In this document: piece after piece, positions 48,987 through 63,219 of the stretch | Position numbering within the stretch: position 1 is the first letter of the stretch | Layout: each line of letters starts with the position of its first letter | Assembly (NCBI RefSeq): GCF_032062105.1 | Contig: NW_026920581.1 | Coordinates: 1,178,001-1,242,000 of the forward strand | Direction of reading: 5' to 3' | Length of the DNA stretch: 64,000 bases | From: Saccostrea cucullata | Lineage: Eukaryota | The notes under the pieces: model-generated | What the model was told of the DNA's origin: nothing | The model's input: only the letters and a program-made list of their open reading frames with translations | Databases searched by the model: none | Made by a program: the position numbers and the translations under genes

Positions 48987-49565
48987 TTTTATGCACCCTT
49001 ATTAATAGATCGGGGCATATATTGTTTTTGTACTGTCTGTTTATTTGTTTGCCTGTTTGTCGTTCTGTCTGTTGTCAACTTTAACCTTCGCAATAATTTT
49101 TGAACCGTTAGAGATAGTGACTTAATATTTGGTATGTATACTCCATTAATTAAGCTCTTTAAAATGACACCAAGGTCAATGACCTTGTGACGTTGACAGT
49201 GACCTATATGGTAAAAATAGTTTTTCGAACTTTTGCCATAACTTTTAAACCATAGGAGATAGAACTTCATATTTGGTATGTTTACTCCACTAATTCAGTT
49301 CTTCCAAATGACACAAAGGTCAATGACCTTGTGCCCTTTCTTGTGAACTATATGTTGAAAAAAAGCTTTTTTGAACTAACGCCACAACTTTTAACCATGG
49401 AAGATAGAGATTTCATATTTGGTATGCATACTCCACTAATTCACCTCTTCCAAATGACACCAAGGTCAATTACCTTGAGACCTTGAATGTGACCTGTATG
49501 CAAAAAATAGCTTTTTCGAATTTTGTTGCCGCTGGGTGCTTCGTGTTTCACAAACACATCTTGTT
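48987..49565 (+). mobile_element. Helentron/HINE-like element with ~130-bp internal repeats
   Basis: tttttatgcaccc...cggggcatat head, tgtt microsatellite, three aaatgacaccaaggtcaatgaccttg units, gtgtttcacaaacac hairpin and cttgtttt end. Confidence 0.75.
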
Positions 49566-52500
49566 TTTTCTTATTTTAAATTTTGATAACTTAAGTTTAA
49601 CAAAAAATGAAATCCATTCTTTAATTGTTCTTTAATTCTTCTTTAGAATAATTTTGTAAATTTCAAAAGTCACTATAATCATCTCTCTTGTGATCCATAT
49701 AGAAAAGGATAATTTCTACTGCTAGAAGTTTGTGCAATTTAAATTCTTCAAAAGCGCCGTTCATAAATTTTTGCACTTTTGAAGTAATTTGTAAATTTAA
49801 GCAATTTTAGTTGTCCTAGTCATGGCAAAGAAAATTGCTAGACAGTCAGTACACATAAATGGATTTTCATGTAAAATGCACATTTATATTGCATATTTTG
49901 CAACAATGATGGAGTCTGTTTAGTTAAGGAACGCGTACATTAAAAACCCGTTTTTGCACTTGATATGATTAAAGAAAGTGTTTGTTGGGTATCACAAACA
50001 TTAATCACAAACATCATTGTCATTAATTTTTATTGCTGTTCGAAATTTGATGGCTCCAACTTCAGAAGTGATAACATGGAAACAATATCCAACGAGAAAG
50101 CCTTTCTCGGATCATTCTCCATATCCAAGGCACCATTCAATTCTCATTTTCTCCCAAATGATTCATCTTTCATTACCTGTGCATTGATTTTAATTGGGGA
50201 TTCATTTCGCAGATAATTAATGGTGTGTACAATAGTTGATGAATATTTCAGCAGTTCGATGCCTTAGTCCCATTGTAGCTATTGTCTTTCCCCTGTTTAC
50301 TTGCCCATTTGAACACCATTCCGATGTGATGGCCTTTTGATTGCTGAAGAAATGTTAAATTTCCATTTTTCCTTGATGGGTTCAGAGATTCCCACTTAAT
50401 ATTGTTCTATGTTTAGCTTTTTAAGCATAAGCATTAATTAGAATTTCATTACTTTACTTTAACAGAATTCGGTCAAACAGGTACATGTATCAATGAATTG
50501 ATGCTCTTTAGATAGTTATATTTGATGCTCTCTCAGTATACATTCATTAATAAATTTTTAGAAAATTGGATTTTTAATACTTTAATTCAATTTACTGTTG
50601 TTAACATGCATTGGTATAGTTTGGTAAGATTTGTCTTAGGATAGCTCATTGTTAGAGGTGCTTACTTATCAAGAGTTAAAACAATTTTGATGCAAAGTTA
50701 TGGACCAAATTTAATTTTACACACTTTATCCTACCTCTACAAAGATGAGCTTATGCTATGTCTGCCACATTGGCTTTAATATTGGCATCCCAATTATGGA
50801 AGCAAACTCATTCCCAAATAACTATCACCATCTAGGGATGGGCACTAACAGACTTCAGATGCTAGATTTGACCTACGTTTTCAAGACAGGAGGTCAGGAA
50901 AAGTTCTAGGAGCAAGTTCCTTCTCAATTACTAATAACTATGTGCTCTGACTGCACCAAGCCTATTAGAATGATGCATCATTGGATGAACACCACCAAAT
51001 TTGCTTTAGATACTGTCTCTGACCAGTTGTCTTCAAGATGAGTAATTATAGGGGGAAAAGTATGGAAGATGGAAGAAGTGCATGCTCAAGGAAATAAGCC
51101 CCCTTTGGACCAACTTGCATCATGGATGATGCAACTAGGATCCTACTGGTTGGAATTGACCTCTACTTTCCAAATGAGTTCTCGGATTTAAAATGTTTGA
51201 GCAAGTCCATTCCTTAGGAAGCCATACCTGTTTCTAAGTAGCATGAATTATTACCTATAGAGATGGACACTATACTTGACTTGCTATGGAGACTGGAGCT
51301 GACCTACATTTTCATATATGTCTTCTCTTTCATGGGTCATCTTCTCCAGAACCATTGGGCCAGGTTCTTCCACCAAAGTTGTCACAGAATGTTCTAAGAT
51401 AAAAAAGATTCATTTTTTCAAATGAAGGACCACATACATGTATCTTCCAAAGGGGGTTATTAAGAAAAGGTAAAAATTGGGTAGGTTCATTCAAAAATCT
51501 TCTTCTCCACTGAGACAGGAAAGATGAAACTTGTATAAAAAGCTTCTTGATATGGTGTGGATTCAGGTTTGTTCAAATCATGCCCTATGTGGATAGGGTG
51601 GGACCACTTCGATCAATCAAACTTTTCCATTGGTATATATTTAATAAAAATCTGTAAAAAATCATCTTCTAAGGAACAACATAGGTAGTGTATTCTAGAT
51701 AACTCAAAGCAGGACCTCTTGATATTGATGTGGAGACATTGAAAAACATTCAAAAATACTGAAAAATCTCTTTTATATGGAAGTATCTCCATGTTGTGAA
51801 TGTTGAAGTCTGTTCAAATCTTCATCACTGGGGATAGGATGGAGCTACAGTGGGCAATAATAGATTTATAAAGAATACATATGGAATTTTTTTTAAATGG
51901 TATACAAATGGACTTACATTAAGGTATACAATGTATATACTTTTGTATATTTGTTTGACAAATGTTAAAAAAGGCAGTGTTCCTCGATACTGATTTTTGT
52001 CCAGTTTTAATAAAACTTGACACACAGAGTCTTCTGGTAATCCAAAGGTCAATATTTTCTTTATTTGAACTGCTGTAGATTTACAGTAATATTTGTCTCC
52101 CTTCTTAGTGAAAAGAAAAAACCCAGTAGAGGTACAGACTTAGCAGAGACTTTGGTTCAATTTTGCAATGCTCTGCATAAGAGGTGCTTAATGCAATTTG
52201 TCTTTACATGAAATCTTACCTAATGAAGCCTCATATTTTGGCACCAAGAAATGCAAAAAAATAATGAAAAATCAATTTTATATAACAAATGACAGATATT
52301 GCAAAGTGATTTTGGCTGTTCTATTAAGTGATCTTTGAGATTTACTATAATAATGTTTTACTTAATAAGTGCAATTCAGGTTCAGTAGAGTTCTGCTTTA
52401 CTGATGTACATGTATATACCCTTTGCATGGTGCTTTTGTATGGTAAAACTATTATACCAGTATTAGAGTAACAGAAAGTCAGGCTTAGCTACTGTGAATA

Positions 52501-55111
52501 TCATTGTCTTAACCATATGTTCATTATCTAAGTGTCCAATAATTCTTCTTGAGCAAACACTTTAAAGTGCCAATCCGAACTGTTAATTAAGCATATCTGA
52601 AGGAAAAGGCTATTTTCTGTAGAAGGTGGATTCACTGGTAAACATGCAACTATGAATTTAACCAGCAAAGTACAATCCCTGATTGCTCTACAGAAATTGA
52701 TGTTATAGAGGTGTTGCTGAGCCAAAGAGGTAAGCCATAAAAAGAGTGATTTATTTGCTCTCCAACTAAATGTCTTATTTCATAAGCAATTGAGCTTTTC
52801 ACACGTCTTTGAAGGTTTTGCAATGCCACTTTATATTACTATGAGTTTATTGATTGTGCATTATCCCAGTGGAATTAATGATGTTTGTATGACCAATTTA
52901 CATAATAATGCAACATGCATTATTCACACTGAAGGAGATTCAATGAATTAAGACCATTCTTCATCCAAAAACAGCACATTTTATGGCTAGATCAAACCTC
53001 CAATGATAGAGTAATGGCAACAGGAAATTAGAAACTTGGGATTGCAGAGATTTCTTATGGCTTTTAAATGCAAGTAAACCATGGTCCACTTAATAATTCT
53101 GCTGACAGATTGACCAACACAACTAATGGGATGATAGTAAACTTAATGTCACTTGTCACTGATTTTCATTTCCCTCTTACTGGCGTACAAGACATGCACC
53201 AGTATTGTTTTTAACGTGGAAGTGTAACTAGCAGCTTATGATGTCATACCATCCTAGTAATGTCACTAACCTAATGATGTCATACAGTATTAGTAATGCC
53301 ACTAGGTAGGATGATTTAGAGGTGTCATGATCAGTTTTTAAAAGCCCAGGCCACTTTTCAATGAAATGGGTTCTCATTTTAATCAATGTCTGGGCTCACT
53401 CCCCCTACCAAGGATATAAGATTCTGTATTTTGATTTGCCATTACCCCCACAACACCCACCCATTCATCTTTGATGTCCCCTCGCTTAGACGCCCCAAAA
53501 CAATTTGCTATTTTTCAAAATATTTGCTTCTTGATACCGGTATATTCCTTTTTTTCTTTCTGAATTTATTGTGTGTGGATAACTATGTTGGATAGGTGTA
53601 AGCATCCTTTCTTCAATTAATTGCAAGCTTTCTATTTGTTAAGTAAATTAAGAGAATATTTTTTTTTGTTTTCTGTTCATTTTTCTAAGTGTATGAATTG
53701 AATGAATTTTTGGTACTTTAAGGGAGGCATTCTTAAACAATGATTAATTGCTTTGAAAAATGAGTAAAATGAACAAGTTAAAAAGTGTTGAACATCTAAA
53801 GTTGTTGTAAAACAAATTGTAATAAAATTGTCTGTATTGTCAGGAAGTAAATTAAGGTAATGATGTTGTCTCTGCCTTAATTTGAACAGAATTGATTTTC
53901 AGCCTGAAGTATTTTTAATTGAAATTAGCAATCTAAAATTGCCTCTAGTTTTTTCCCCCCACTAAATTGGTTTTAACGTATTCTCTGGTCAAATATTGTC
54001 GGAGCTTCCAGACTACCGAATAAAGCCTATAGGCTTTGTTTTCTCTTATTATGGTGTGTGCTGATATGATAGACAGTGCCAATAAATTCCCCCACGAGAG
54101 TTAAATCCCATTTCTGGAAATATCCTATTAAAGTTCATGAATATTCACATCAAAAAAAGAAAATGATTGCAGTGCATTGTATTTGTTGGCATAACATGTC
54201 ACTATGCTCGTATCGTTGTTGAACAAGAATCATAGATTATTGGGAAATCTTGCAAGAGGCAGAGCTTTAAGGTAGCTAGGCTCATCCTTCCCCTGCAATG
54301 TCTGACTTTTGTTGCAACCAGAAAGATGTATGAAAGAGAGCAGGGCTGTCTGGCTCAATCAATTGAACCCTGGGTGATATATATGAGGTCGTGATCTAAT
54401 AAGGGGAGATAATTAACTTTGTTCCTCTCGGATGAATCATTATGACGACTGAATTGGTGTCAGTGTTTTCTGACAGGTGAGTTGCAATGTGGTTGAGTTT
54501 ACAGGTTTCTCTTGTAAAGTTAACAATTTTTTATCTGTTTGGAATGCTCCGGCAGATTTCACTGTTTTTCCTTTCTGTATTACTTGTCAGATAGGGTAAA
54601 ATATGGAAACAAGTGCATTTGAAACTATTAAGGTTACAAAACTTTTAAAAGCACAGGGATTAAAAAAAATAACTTTGTTGCAATTGTGAATTCATTATAA
54701 GCATGTTCACTGTAACCATGATTTACTATTATATTTTTTCTTAAGTTTTTGGAATGAATTCATGAAAGATAATGGTGTTGTATTATTCATGGTATATATA
54801 TGTACCGGTATATATAATACAGTCAAACCTTATTAGTGCATGCTTAATGGAACAGACGAAAAACCTCTAAAATGTCCAAGATTTCTGATATCAATATTGA
54901 GACTAATATTGTGACATTTAAACACAGTCCCAATTTCACCAATTGAGTGTAAATTTCACACAGTAGGTGTGTGTCTTTTGACAGGTACTTTATTGTGTGA
55001 ACTAATAACCATCTTCAAATTAGCAGTGTTCAAGATACCCAAGTTCTTTATTTAAGCCGCCAGAAATAATATCAAACATTTGAGTGACACTGTAAATTGT
55101 TACATTTCAGG

Positions 55112-58100
55112 ATGCCAATAAAGGGGAAGTATGTGGCGGGCAGACAGGTGTCACGGTGGGATGCGGAATCTGACAACGTAGACATTCAATACCGTCACTT
55201 CGACAACCCAGCGTCTCCCGGACTTGTGGAGTTCTTCTCTGGCAGGAAAGGAAACGTCCTCAAAGTCCTGCTTCTTGTTGTCTGCTTCTTTGTCGGTCTT
55301 ATCATCGGTTACGTCATAAGAAGAAATATACATGAAAAATACATTGCTCCCTTAAACACACCTACACCCATGCCCATTCCAAGAATTTACCAGGTGAGCA
55401 AAAAGTTCTGAAATGTTTTCATTTTCAGGTTTTCAGTTTGTGGAGAAATTGAGAGATTCATTAACCTTATAAAGCTTCATACAAAGATATACAGTCCACA
55501 AGCATTTAATAAAATGATGATTATATTTTTTTTAAGTCCAAAGCTTTGTATCTTTACTTTTTTCCTGATCTGACATTTGAAAAACAAATTTGAAATGCCT
55601 CCTAGTATGCTCCAACTTTCTTTCACATCATCAAATAACCTTAGATCATTTCCTTTTCTTTATCAATTTTCAAAAAAAGAATAACAAAAACTAGAGGTAC
55701 TGTGAGCGATGAGCTCACTAAATGATACCCCCCGCTTCCCATATGGTTATAACTGGTGAAAAAGTCCATGTTTTCCTGTGGCCGGGAAACCCAAAATATG
55801 TGTCGGATCAAAAAGTAAAATAGGAGGTGCACAATGGCAATATGTAATAAAGATTCTGTGAAAGTTTCATCAAATTTCATTCAGTGGTATGAGAGGAGTT
55901 GCGGATAAGAGATGGGTACCCCAAAGCGTAACAGACGGACGGACGGACAGACGGACGGACGTACAGACGGACGGACGGAATTAACGATTACTATATACCC
56001 TCCCGCTTTTCAAGCGGGGGGTATAACTAACATTGAAATTATGAACTATTGTTTAAAAGTCTGCCTAAAGCAATAATGAGCTCAAGATTGGAGTTCTTGT
56101 ACCTATGGGATTAAAAAACTCTAAAATAAAATCAATACAGCATGATGTACACAATGCATCACTGTAAACTGTAGATCAAATTGCATCTGCTGCACAATTT
56201 TCTTCATTCTATGAAACTACAGAGAATTTATTACTTTTACTTTGTATGTCATGTCTCAGCTGTCTTTGCATTAACCTTGAGATTTCTTAGTTTTGTAAAG
56301 AAGCCTATTTTCTCAAGGATAAGAGACATGGAGAAATATTACTTGAAAGAAAATTGACAGAAGACAAATATACCAGTAGCTGAACCTGGTCCCTGTTTTA
56401 GGATTTTGGTCTCATGGTCCATCTTTTCCCCTTGCATCTGATTTGTTGAATACCTCTAATAAGAAGTCACTTGTGAAGACATTATGGTCACATTGAGTAG
56501 TAACATGTATTTTAAATGCAATAAAACCTAAACCAATTTGTTGTATGAAGAGTTCACAAAACAAAAGCATTTCCAAATAAAATCAAGTAAAAATTTCCAC
56601 AGTTCAAAATATTGCATCATACCAGAAATTCAAAGACAACAATAGTTAACCAATAGCAGAGGTTCATTCTTTTAATTTCCTCATCCTAGTGTCAAAGGTC
56701 AAGGTCTAAACCAACTTTAATGCAAGTAGTATGGAAAACACTTCTTCCTTATACTTCAACAAAATATGGCATTTAGTCATTTACAGTAATTAATTATCAG
56801 TCCAATCATCTTTCCTTTTGTCTATTTTGTCTTACAGCACTTGCCCAGAATATATTTTTACCTCCCCTTTTCCAAATTGTGCACAAAACTTTTCCCAAAG
56901 ATGCCTACGCATGTAGGGTTTGCATTGATCTTGTACCAATTTCAAGATCAAAGGTCAAGGTAAAAAAAAATCAGCACTGCATGTGTAAAAATAGAATTAT
57001 GTGAAGGCTGTGCCATGACCTTGAACAATGCAAGTTTGTAGGTCAAAAGTCAAGGACATACCAGATTTCTGTGTGAAGCATATTTTCCTTTGCCCTTTAT
57101 CCAAACTTTATATTTATGTAGTGTATTCAGTCAGGTACCAAAGACTCCAAACATGGCTCTACTTTTTCAATCAGGTTGATAGAATTTTTGCATATTGATT
57201 ATTTAGTAGGATGAATGTTAAGGAAAAATCATGAAAATTTTGCAAGATTGTGGAATGAGAGCCATAAATGAGAGAATATTTGCTAAGTTCTAAATGAAAG
57301 AAACAGTGTGACAGAGCTTGTTATAGCACAGCATACACAAAAGCTTTTACATAAAACTGGAGTGTTCACATGTAGGCCTATGTCATTACCTGAGGTAATG
57401 CTATGGAAATTAATCTACTTCAAGTAACTTACAGAGGCTGCCAGAAGACTCTGGAACCATGCTGGGAAAAACAGAGGTGCCTCTGTCTCAAAATTCAAGT
57501 TCCTGTGAGTAACCCTTTTGCAATTTAAGCATAGCTGTGAGGAGAATTGGCGCAGAAGATGTCCGACTAATCTAAAATATTAGTTACGCATGCCATAAAT
57601 TGCTCCAAGTCTTGTTTCATTATATATGGCTATGGCAGCCATTGGAAGTTTTTATGAATCAATGAAAAGTTGGGCCCTTCCTTATGATACACTGTGTGCT
57701 GGTTTTTCTATAGACAATGGGGATTCAGTAAATAAGATTTCTGGTACATATGTCTTACTTGCCAGTGTCTTTTTTGCCCCGAAAACAAGGTTTTTAGAAG
57801 TATCAGATCTTGTTTTCTATCGCTTCGCTTTTCTCAGTTTAAGCGACCAGTAATTCAGCTTTATGAGAGACGTGCATTAGGAATCATGGCTAACAATCAA
57901 AGAGATGTAGAGAGCAATTTGATCAGGCCGTAATACATCTCAATCAAAATAATGTACAGACACTCCAAAAATATAAAACAATAGCCCAGGATGAGGAATT
58001 GGACTGGGACCTAATTCTGAATGGCCCGAAGGCTTGCTGCATATGATTTATAAGTATATACTACTCGCATGGGAGCTGTGAAAGGGAGACCAGATTTTGA

Positions 58101-61100
58101 GGGTTTTCCACGATCAATAGCCCTGTCTTTCAAACAATGCCTCTGACCTTCCTGATAATTGAGTTTGGAATTCATTTTATGGCACACAACATCTCAAGGG
58201 TGGAAGAGATCACTTGTTCTTGGCCTCTAAATTTGATTTTTGAATTCCATCATTTTTCTGTCCTGTCACTTTGCTTTTGTTTTGTCAATACTGAGGGATT
58301 GTTAGGGGCATTGTGCTGTGGGGATATTTTGCTGAAGGTTTTGCTGAAGGTTGAAATGATGTGTTGCATTAAAGGCTAGATTATATCATATGAAATGATG
58401 AAATCTCCATAGGGAGGGAGAAGGCTCAAATACTAATGGAGTTGCACTCTGAAAGCAACAAAAACATTCAGATATTAAGTGAGATTACACAATGTTTCTA
58501 CTTTTCGTAATGTTCACAGATTAATTTCTGCTATTATTTTTCCGTTTATTTGATCCAAGTGAGGAGCTGTCTTTCTTTAGGACCAAAAGATAGTTATCTT
58601 ATTTCATTATTTCATGAACACCCTTATGTTTCATCTTGAGTGGAGCAAGTGAGTGAACATTTTTGAGATGCAAATGAAAGAAAAACTTGAAGTACAGTCA
58701 AATCTCATTTTCTCAAACTCTATGGGACCAAGGTCAAGATATCGATGGTAAAATACTTAAAGAACAAGAGATGTTTGTAAAACACTAATGCCCCCCTCCC
58801 CCAAATTGGAATTTTTCTAAGTCCAAAAGGGAATAACACCATCAAAAATAGTGCTACTGTACCCAAAACCGAACTTGACCCAGATATTCATCTGATAAAT
58901 CTGTATATATACCACATTTCATTTCAGTATGTGCAACCTCTGTGAAGAAAATGAACAGAAACTGCAAATAATTGGATTTTTTCTAAGTTCAAGGGACATA
59001 ACTCTGTAAAAAATGACTTGATCGTACCCAAAACCAAACTTGACCTAGATATTCTCATGATAAATCTGTATACAAAATTTCATTTCAATATGTGCAACCA
59101 CTGCAAAGAAATGAACGGAAACTTGGTGGACCAACAGACAGACCTACCGACAACCGACGGACAAACCAACCAACAGACAGCAGCAAAGTAATATGCCCTC
59201 CCTTCTTTGAAGAGGGGCATAATAAGTGGTTGGGACTATCAAATCACTTCAACAAATACATGGTGTTCAAGATATTCGAGTTCAAGATACCAAAGTTCAC
59301 CTGTACAGTATTACATTGTACTTAATTTTTAAAGCTGTGGTTAGATTCCTAGATCCTTATTGATGTCCCAATGCTTCTACAGAGTCTGGAATTTTATCTG
59401 ATTCTTAGTTAAATATGTATGAAATCTGCAGTAAAAAATTCCATGCGGCTGACATTTACACGTATCTATATAGCAGTATACTTGGAGGTGGCAATGTCCT
59501 ATGGGAGTGCTATAGTGAATATGAGAACTACAAATGTACAAGATAAAGGGCAAAAGCTCAGCAACACTACGTTCTGTGAAGAATGAAATAACGCCATATT
59601 TGATCAGTCATGTCAACATGAAATATACATGTACTATGTAACCTCAGACATTTAAGTAAGATTAAGGGGGTGTTGACTTCATCTCTGTCCAACATTATTG
59701 TTAGAAATGTAGATGTACGAAAACAACCTCTTTTTGATACCACATTTGGGACTATTTCAGATCAAAATTAGTATTTTATTATGCACTCTTAATGTAACTG
59801 TTGCCATTTTTAGGCCCATATTTCAAATGAGATTTACTTAGCAATGATGAATGAAAAAAATCATCAAACCAATCTGCTGTGCAAACAAGAGATAATGAAT
59901 TGAACCCATTGTATTCTAATGTCATGACAGCAAAGCACTTGAGAGGCAGGTGCAATATTTTTGTTTTAGTTTTAGAAAGAACTGCACTAAATTATGGGTT
60001 TATGTTCATCATTCATTTTTTCTTCATGACTGTACTTTTAAAATTTTGGCTGAGAAGCATCCTCTTGGTAAATGACACCCTCCTCATAAACAGCTTTTCC
60101 AGTTCCATTCCATTCCATTACATAAATTTAAAAGTTAAAGAAGTTGTGATTGTTTTGTTTTTCCTGTAACAAAAATTTACACTGAAACAAAATTAACCTT
60201 AAAGTTCAATCACTATGGAACACAAATGCTCATTCATAATGCCAATTTAGATTCCTCGCTGGTTGTAGGAGGGTACTTTTTACGACATATTTTGAGAATT
60301 TTTACCTTGATGTTTTTCATTAGAAATATAAAAGATGTAGATTTTAGTTCCTAATACAATCTTTGTCATATTTTGATGTTGTAAATGTATAAATATGACT
60401 TATTTTTCAGGATTATGATCCCTCCATTAGACAGAGTCTACAAGATGACCTACAGGACATTGTCAATATTGAAGATCACATCAAGTGAGTAGGAGCAGGA
60501 TTCAAATGTAGTTCATGGCATACTGGTGTAGGAATTCAATATTTTCTTAAAGAGACAGAATTTTTGTTTATGATTCGACTATTCTACCAAGAGACAGATG
60601 TAGGCAAAAATCTTTCCTTTTCTTCATAGATAATTTGAATTTACATACACCAGTAATTACATCATACTTGCTGGAGTGGGGTGGGGGTCCTTAAGTTATA
60701 AGATCTTCAGTTAATTAAAAAACCAAAAGTATCGCTTTTTAAGATGGTCTTTTAGTGTTATTTGCCTTTGGTCTGCACTGTAGTTTTGAAGAAGCAGAAT
60801 GTAATGGATAATATCTCAATTGAAACAATTTGTGTTGTTTTGTCTTTCCGTGTCCATGAGTGGGGGCCCTTAAAAAATTGCAAAAATTTCAAGCTTGAAG
60901 AATTTTCTATATCCTAGCATAATAGTTATATGTCCCTGTTTTACAATGACTTTATAATAGTGCATTTGTATAGCTAATAATCAATTACATGTAGACATAA
61001 TTGTGCATATAGACAATCAAGCTATCATCTATCAGTTGTAATTAACAATGATTGAATTCTTGCTTGGATTATTATAGTGTTGTGATCGATTATGCTGCGG

Positions 61101-63219
61101 ATGGATTTACATGTCCCACGTCGATGTTTTGTAGATGTAAACAATGCTAATTGAATCCAATTGTATATAAATAAAAACAAAGAAATGGATAGATTAGAAA
61201 ATGTGCAAGATCAAAAAATCTAGATATGCAGTTTGTCATTAGATATACCTGTATATCATAATGGTTATTTCCCATAGAACTGAAATAGCAGGGGACACTA
61301 AAAAGTAAAATGGGGCTTCTGGTTCCTTCTCTTACAGAGGAAATATCAGTACTTGTTTAACTGGAAAAATACAATGTTATAGGTGGGGAAATTCCTTGAC
61401 CCTCAAGTCAAAAGGACAACCCCTGTCATAACATGATGTATAAATTAATTATTACAGGATATGGACATCAGCTATTGGACTTGCTGCCGTGGGATCGACT
61501 CTAAAAGTGGTGATGGGTACACACGACATGTGGCAGTATTTCCCTCTGGACGGTCTGTCCTGGACAAACTACACAGTGTTACTGTCATATCCATTTCTGT
61601 AAGTGTCTCAACAGTGGCTCTACATATACAGGCAAACCTTGTTATCTCAAACTTGACAGATCAAACTTTGATATTATAAAGTATATCTCAGAATTCTAGA
61701 TAACAAGGGTCAAAATGTAAAGGACTCCAACACAGTTTGACCTTTCTCTTGTATTTGAGGTAATGGTGTTTGAGGTAAATAGGTTCAACTGTATTTTGTT
61801 CAGTGTTAATTTGTCTGTCTACAACATGTATAAATTATTTCCAATATCATTTATATCCAACCTTATATTCATAAAGGTACTTGGACACAGATTTGAAGTT
61901 ATTATTTTCTCTATAATATATATATATATTAATAGCATTTTACAAAAAAATTAATTTTTTTTTTCGTTTAAAAGATATTGAAATTTCTAATTTTTCGGCG
62001 GGTTTGATTGACATATCGTACATATCCTTGCACTCTCACAAGTTTAATTTTATTCTTAATCCTTAGGAAAAGTGGCAATCTCGTTTTGTATAAATGAAAA
62101 ATATTAATACTATAATCCAGAAAATTCTGTCTCTGTGTCGAAAGCAAAACAAACACACAATATATTGTCATCCGTGCAGTTGTGGTAAGCTGCCTATGTG
62201 TTTGACGCACCCGGTGAATTCTAAATATAAACAATAACAGAACTGAGCCCTGTCATCTCTTAGTTGAATGACGATACTTGTGAAGGTGTTTTGCTTTCTA
62301 ACATTTTTTTAAAATTATTTTTCTTGATAAAAGTTTTAATATTTCTCATTAAAACACATCAAAATTGCCACTTTTCCTAAGGATTAAGATTTTTGAAAGT
62401 GCAAGGATGTGTTAATCAAACCCGCCAAAAAATTTAAAGTTTTAATAACTTTTAAATGAAATAAGATTTTTAAATAATTTTTGTGTGAAATGCTATTAAA
62501 ATATATAATTCGTGATATTATACAGAAAAAATGAGAAAATATTAACTCCAAATATGTGTCCAAGTACCTTTAAGATATATATGAATCGTGAGAACTTTTA
62601 AGATATATATGAATTGGGAGAACTTAAGTGCATGGAGTTGGACCTACTCTCTTTACATGCATTTGTACCCCAGAGACCAAAAGGTAAGGTTGAGATACTG
62701 GCTGTGGTGTGCGCCTCAGAAAGCATTACATATAGAAACTGAATTTTTTTTCATAAGTGTGACCCTTAAAAAATATATAGATTCATACATTGACTTTCTA
62801 TTCCTGGCTTGAGTATTCCAGGAATGTATTCTGTCAAATTATCAACTGTCAGGCACGAGAGGAAAATTAATTGATCAGGAATAAATGCTATTGTCAGCTT
62901 TATTAACATGACAAATAACATTTCCCATGGTGCTGCAATTTAACACTAGCTCCGTATCCCATTCAGAATGTGTCATATTCAGCCACCTAGGACATAAAGA
63001 TACTACAGGTCTATTTTCAGTGCACTTTATCACAATTTGACAGCTTTTGTTAATAGTAGTAAATAATATATTCCCTTTAACAGGCAGAGTCCAAACAGAA
63101 CCAGTATAACCCTGGAACAGCCAGACGGCAGCACTGTATGGAACGCCAGCTTCAACCTCTCCTCCGAACATCCGGAGCAGATGCCATTTAATGCGTACTC
63201 ACCGGAGGCATCTGTGAAG
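55112..63219 (+). CDS. Glutamate carboxypeptidase II / NAALADase / transferrin-receptor-like (peptidase M28B) type II membrane protein, first four coding exons
   Basis: Exons 55112-55393, 60411-60484, 61458-61598, 63084-63219 are phase-consistent. Signal-anchor VLLLVVCFFVGLIIGYVI, then W-QYFPLD...NYTVLLSYP...PN...PFNAYSP, matching the GCPII W..FGLD...YDVLLSYP...PN...PFSAFSP region. A probable upstream exon ends at 54476. The gene continues beyond the window. Confidence 0.82.
55689..56026 (-). mobile_element. Short Helentron/HINE-like element
   Basis: aactagagg-gtgagcgatgagctcac hairpin, (gacg)n microsatellite and cccgcttttcaagcggggggtataa end. Confidence 0.7.
58763..59222 (-). mobile_element. 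Short Helentron/HINE-like element with a two-unit internal repeat
   Basis: aacaagagatgtttgtaaaaca...atatgccctcccttctttgaagaggggcataa; same family as 6258-6570. Confidence 0.7.
61875..62569. mobile_element. Kolobok-like MITE with long TIRs
   Basis: ataa|aggtacttggacaca...tgtgtccaagtacct|ttaa; the inverted match continues to ggcgggtttgatt / aatcaaacccgcc. Confidence 0.75.

Noticed and set aside
49965-54400. Several short ORFs in the track
   Set aside because: No domain motifs or linked splice phases; the region contains decayed HINE-type repeat sequence.
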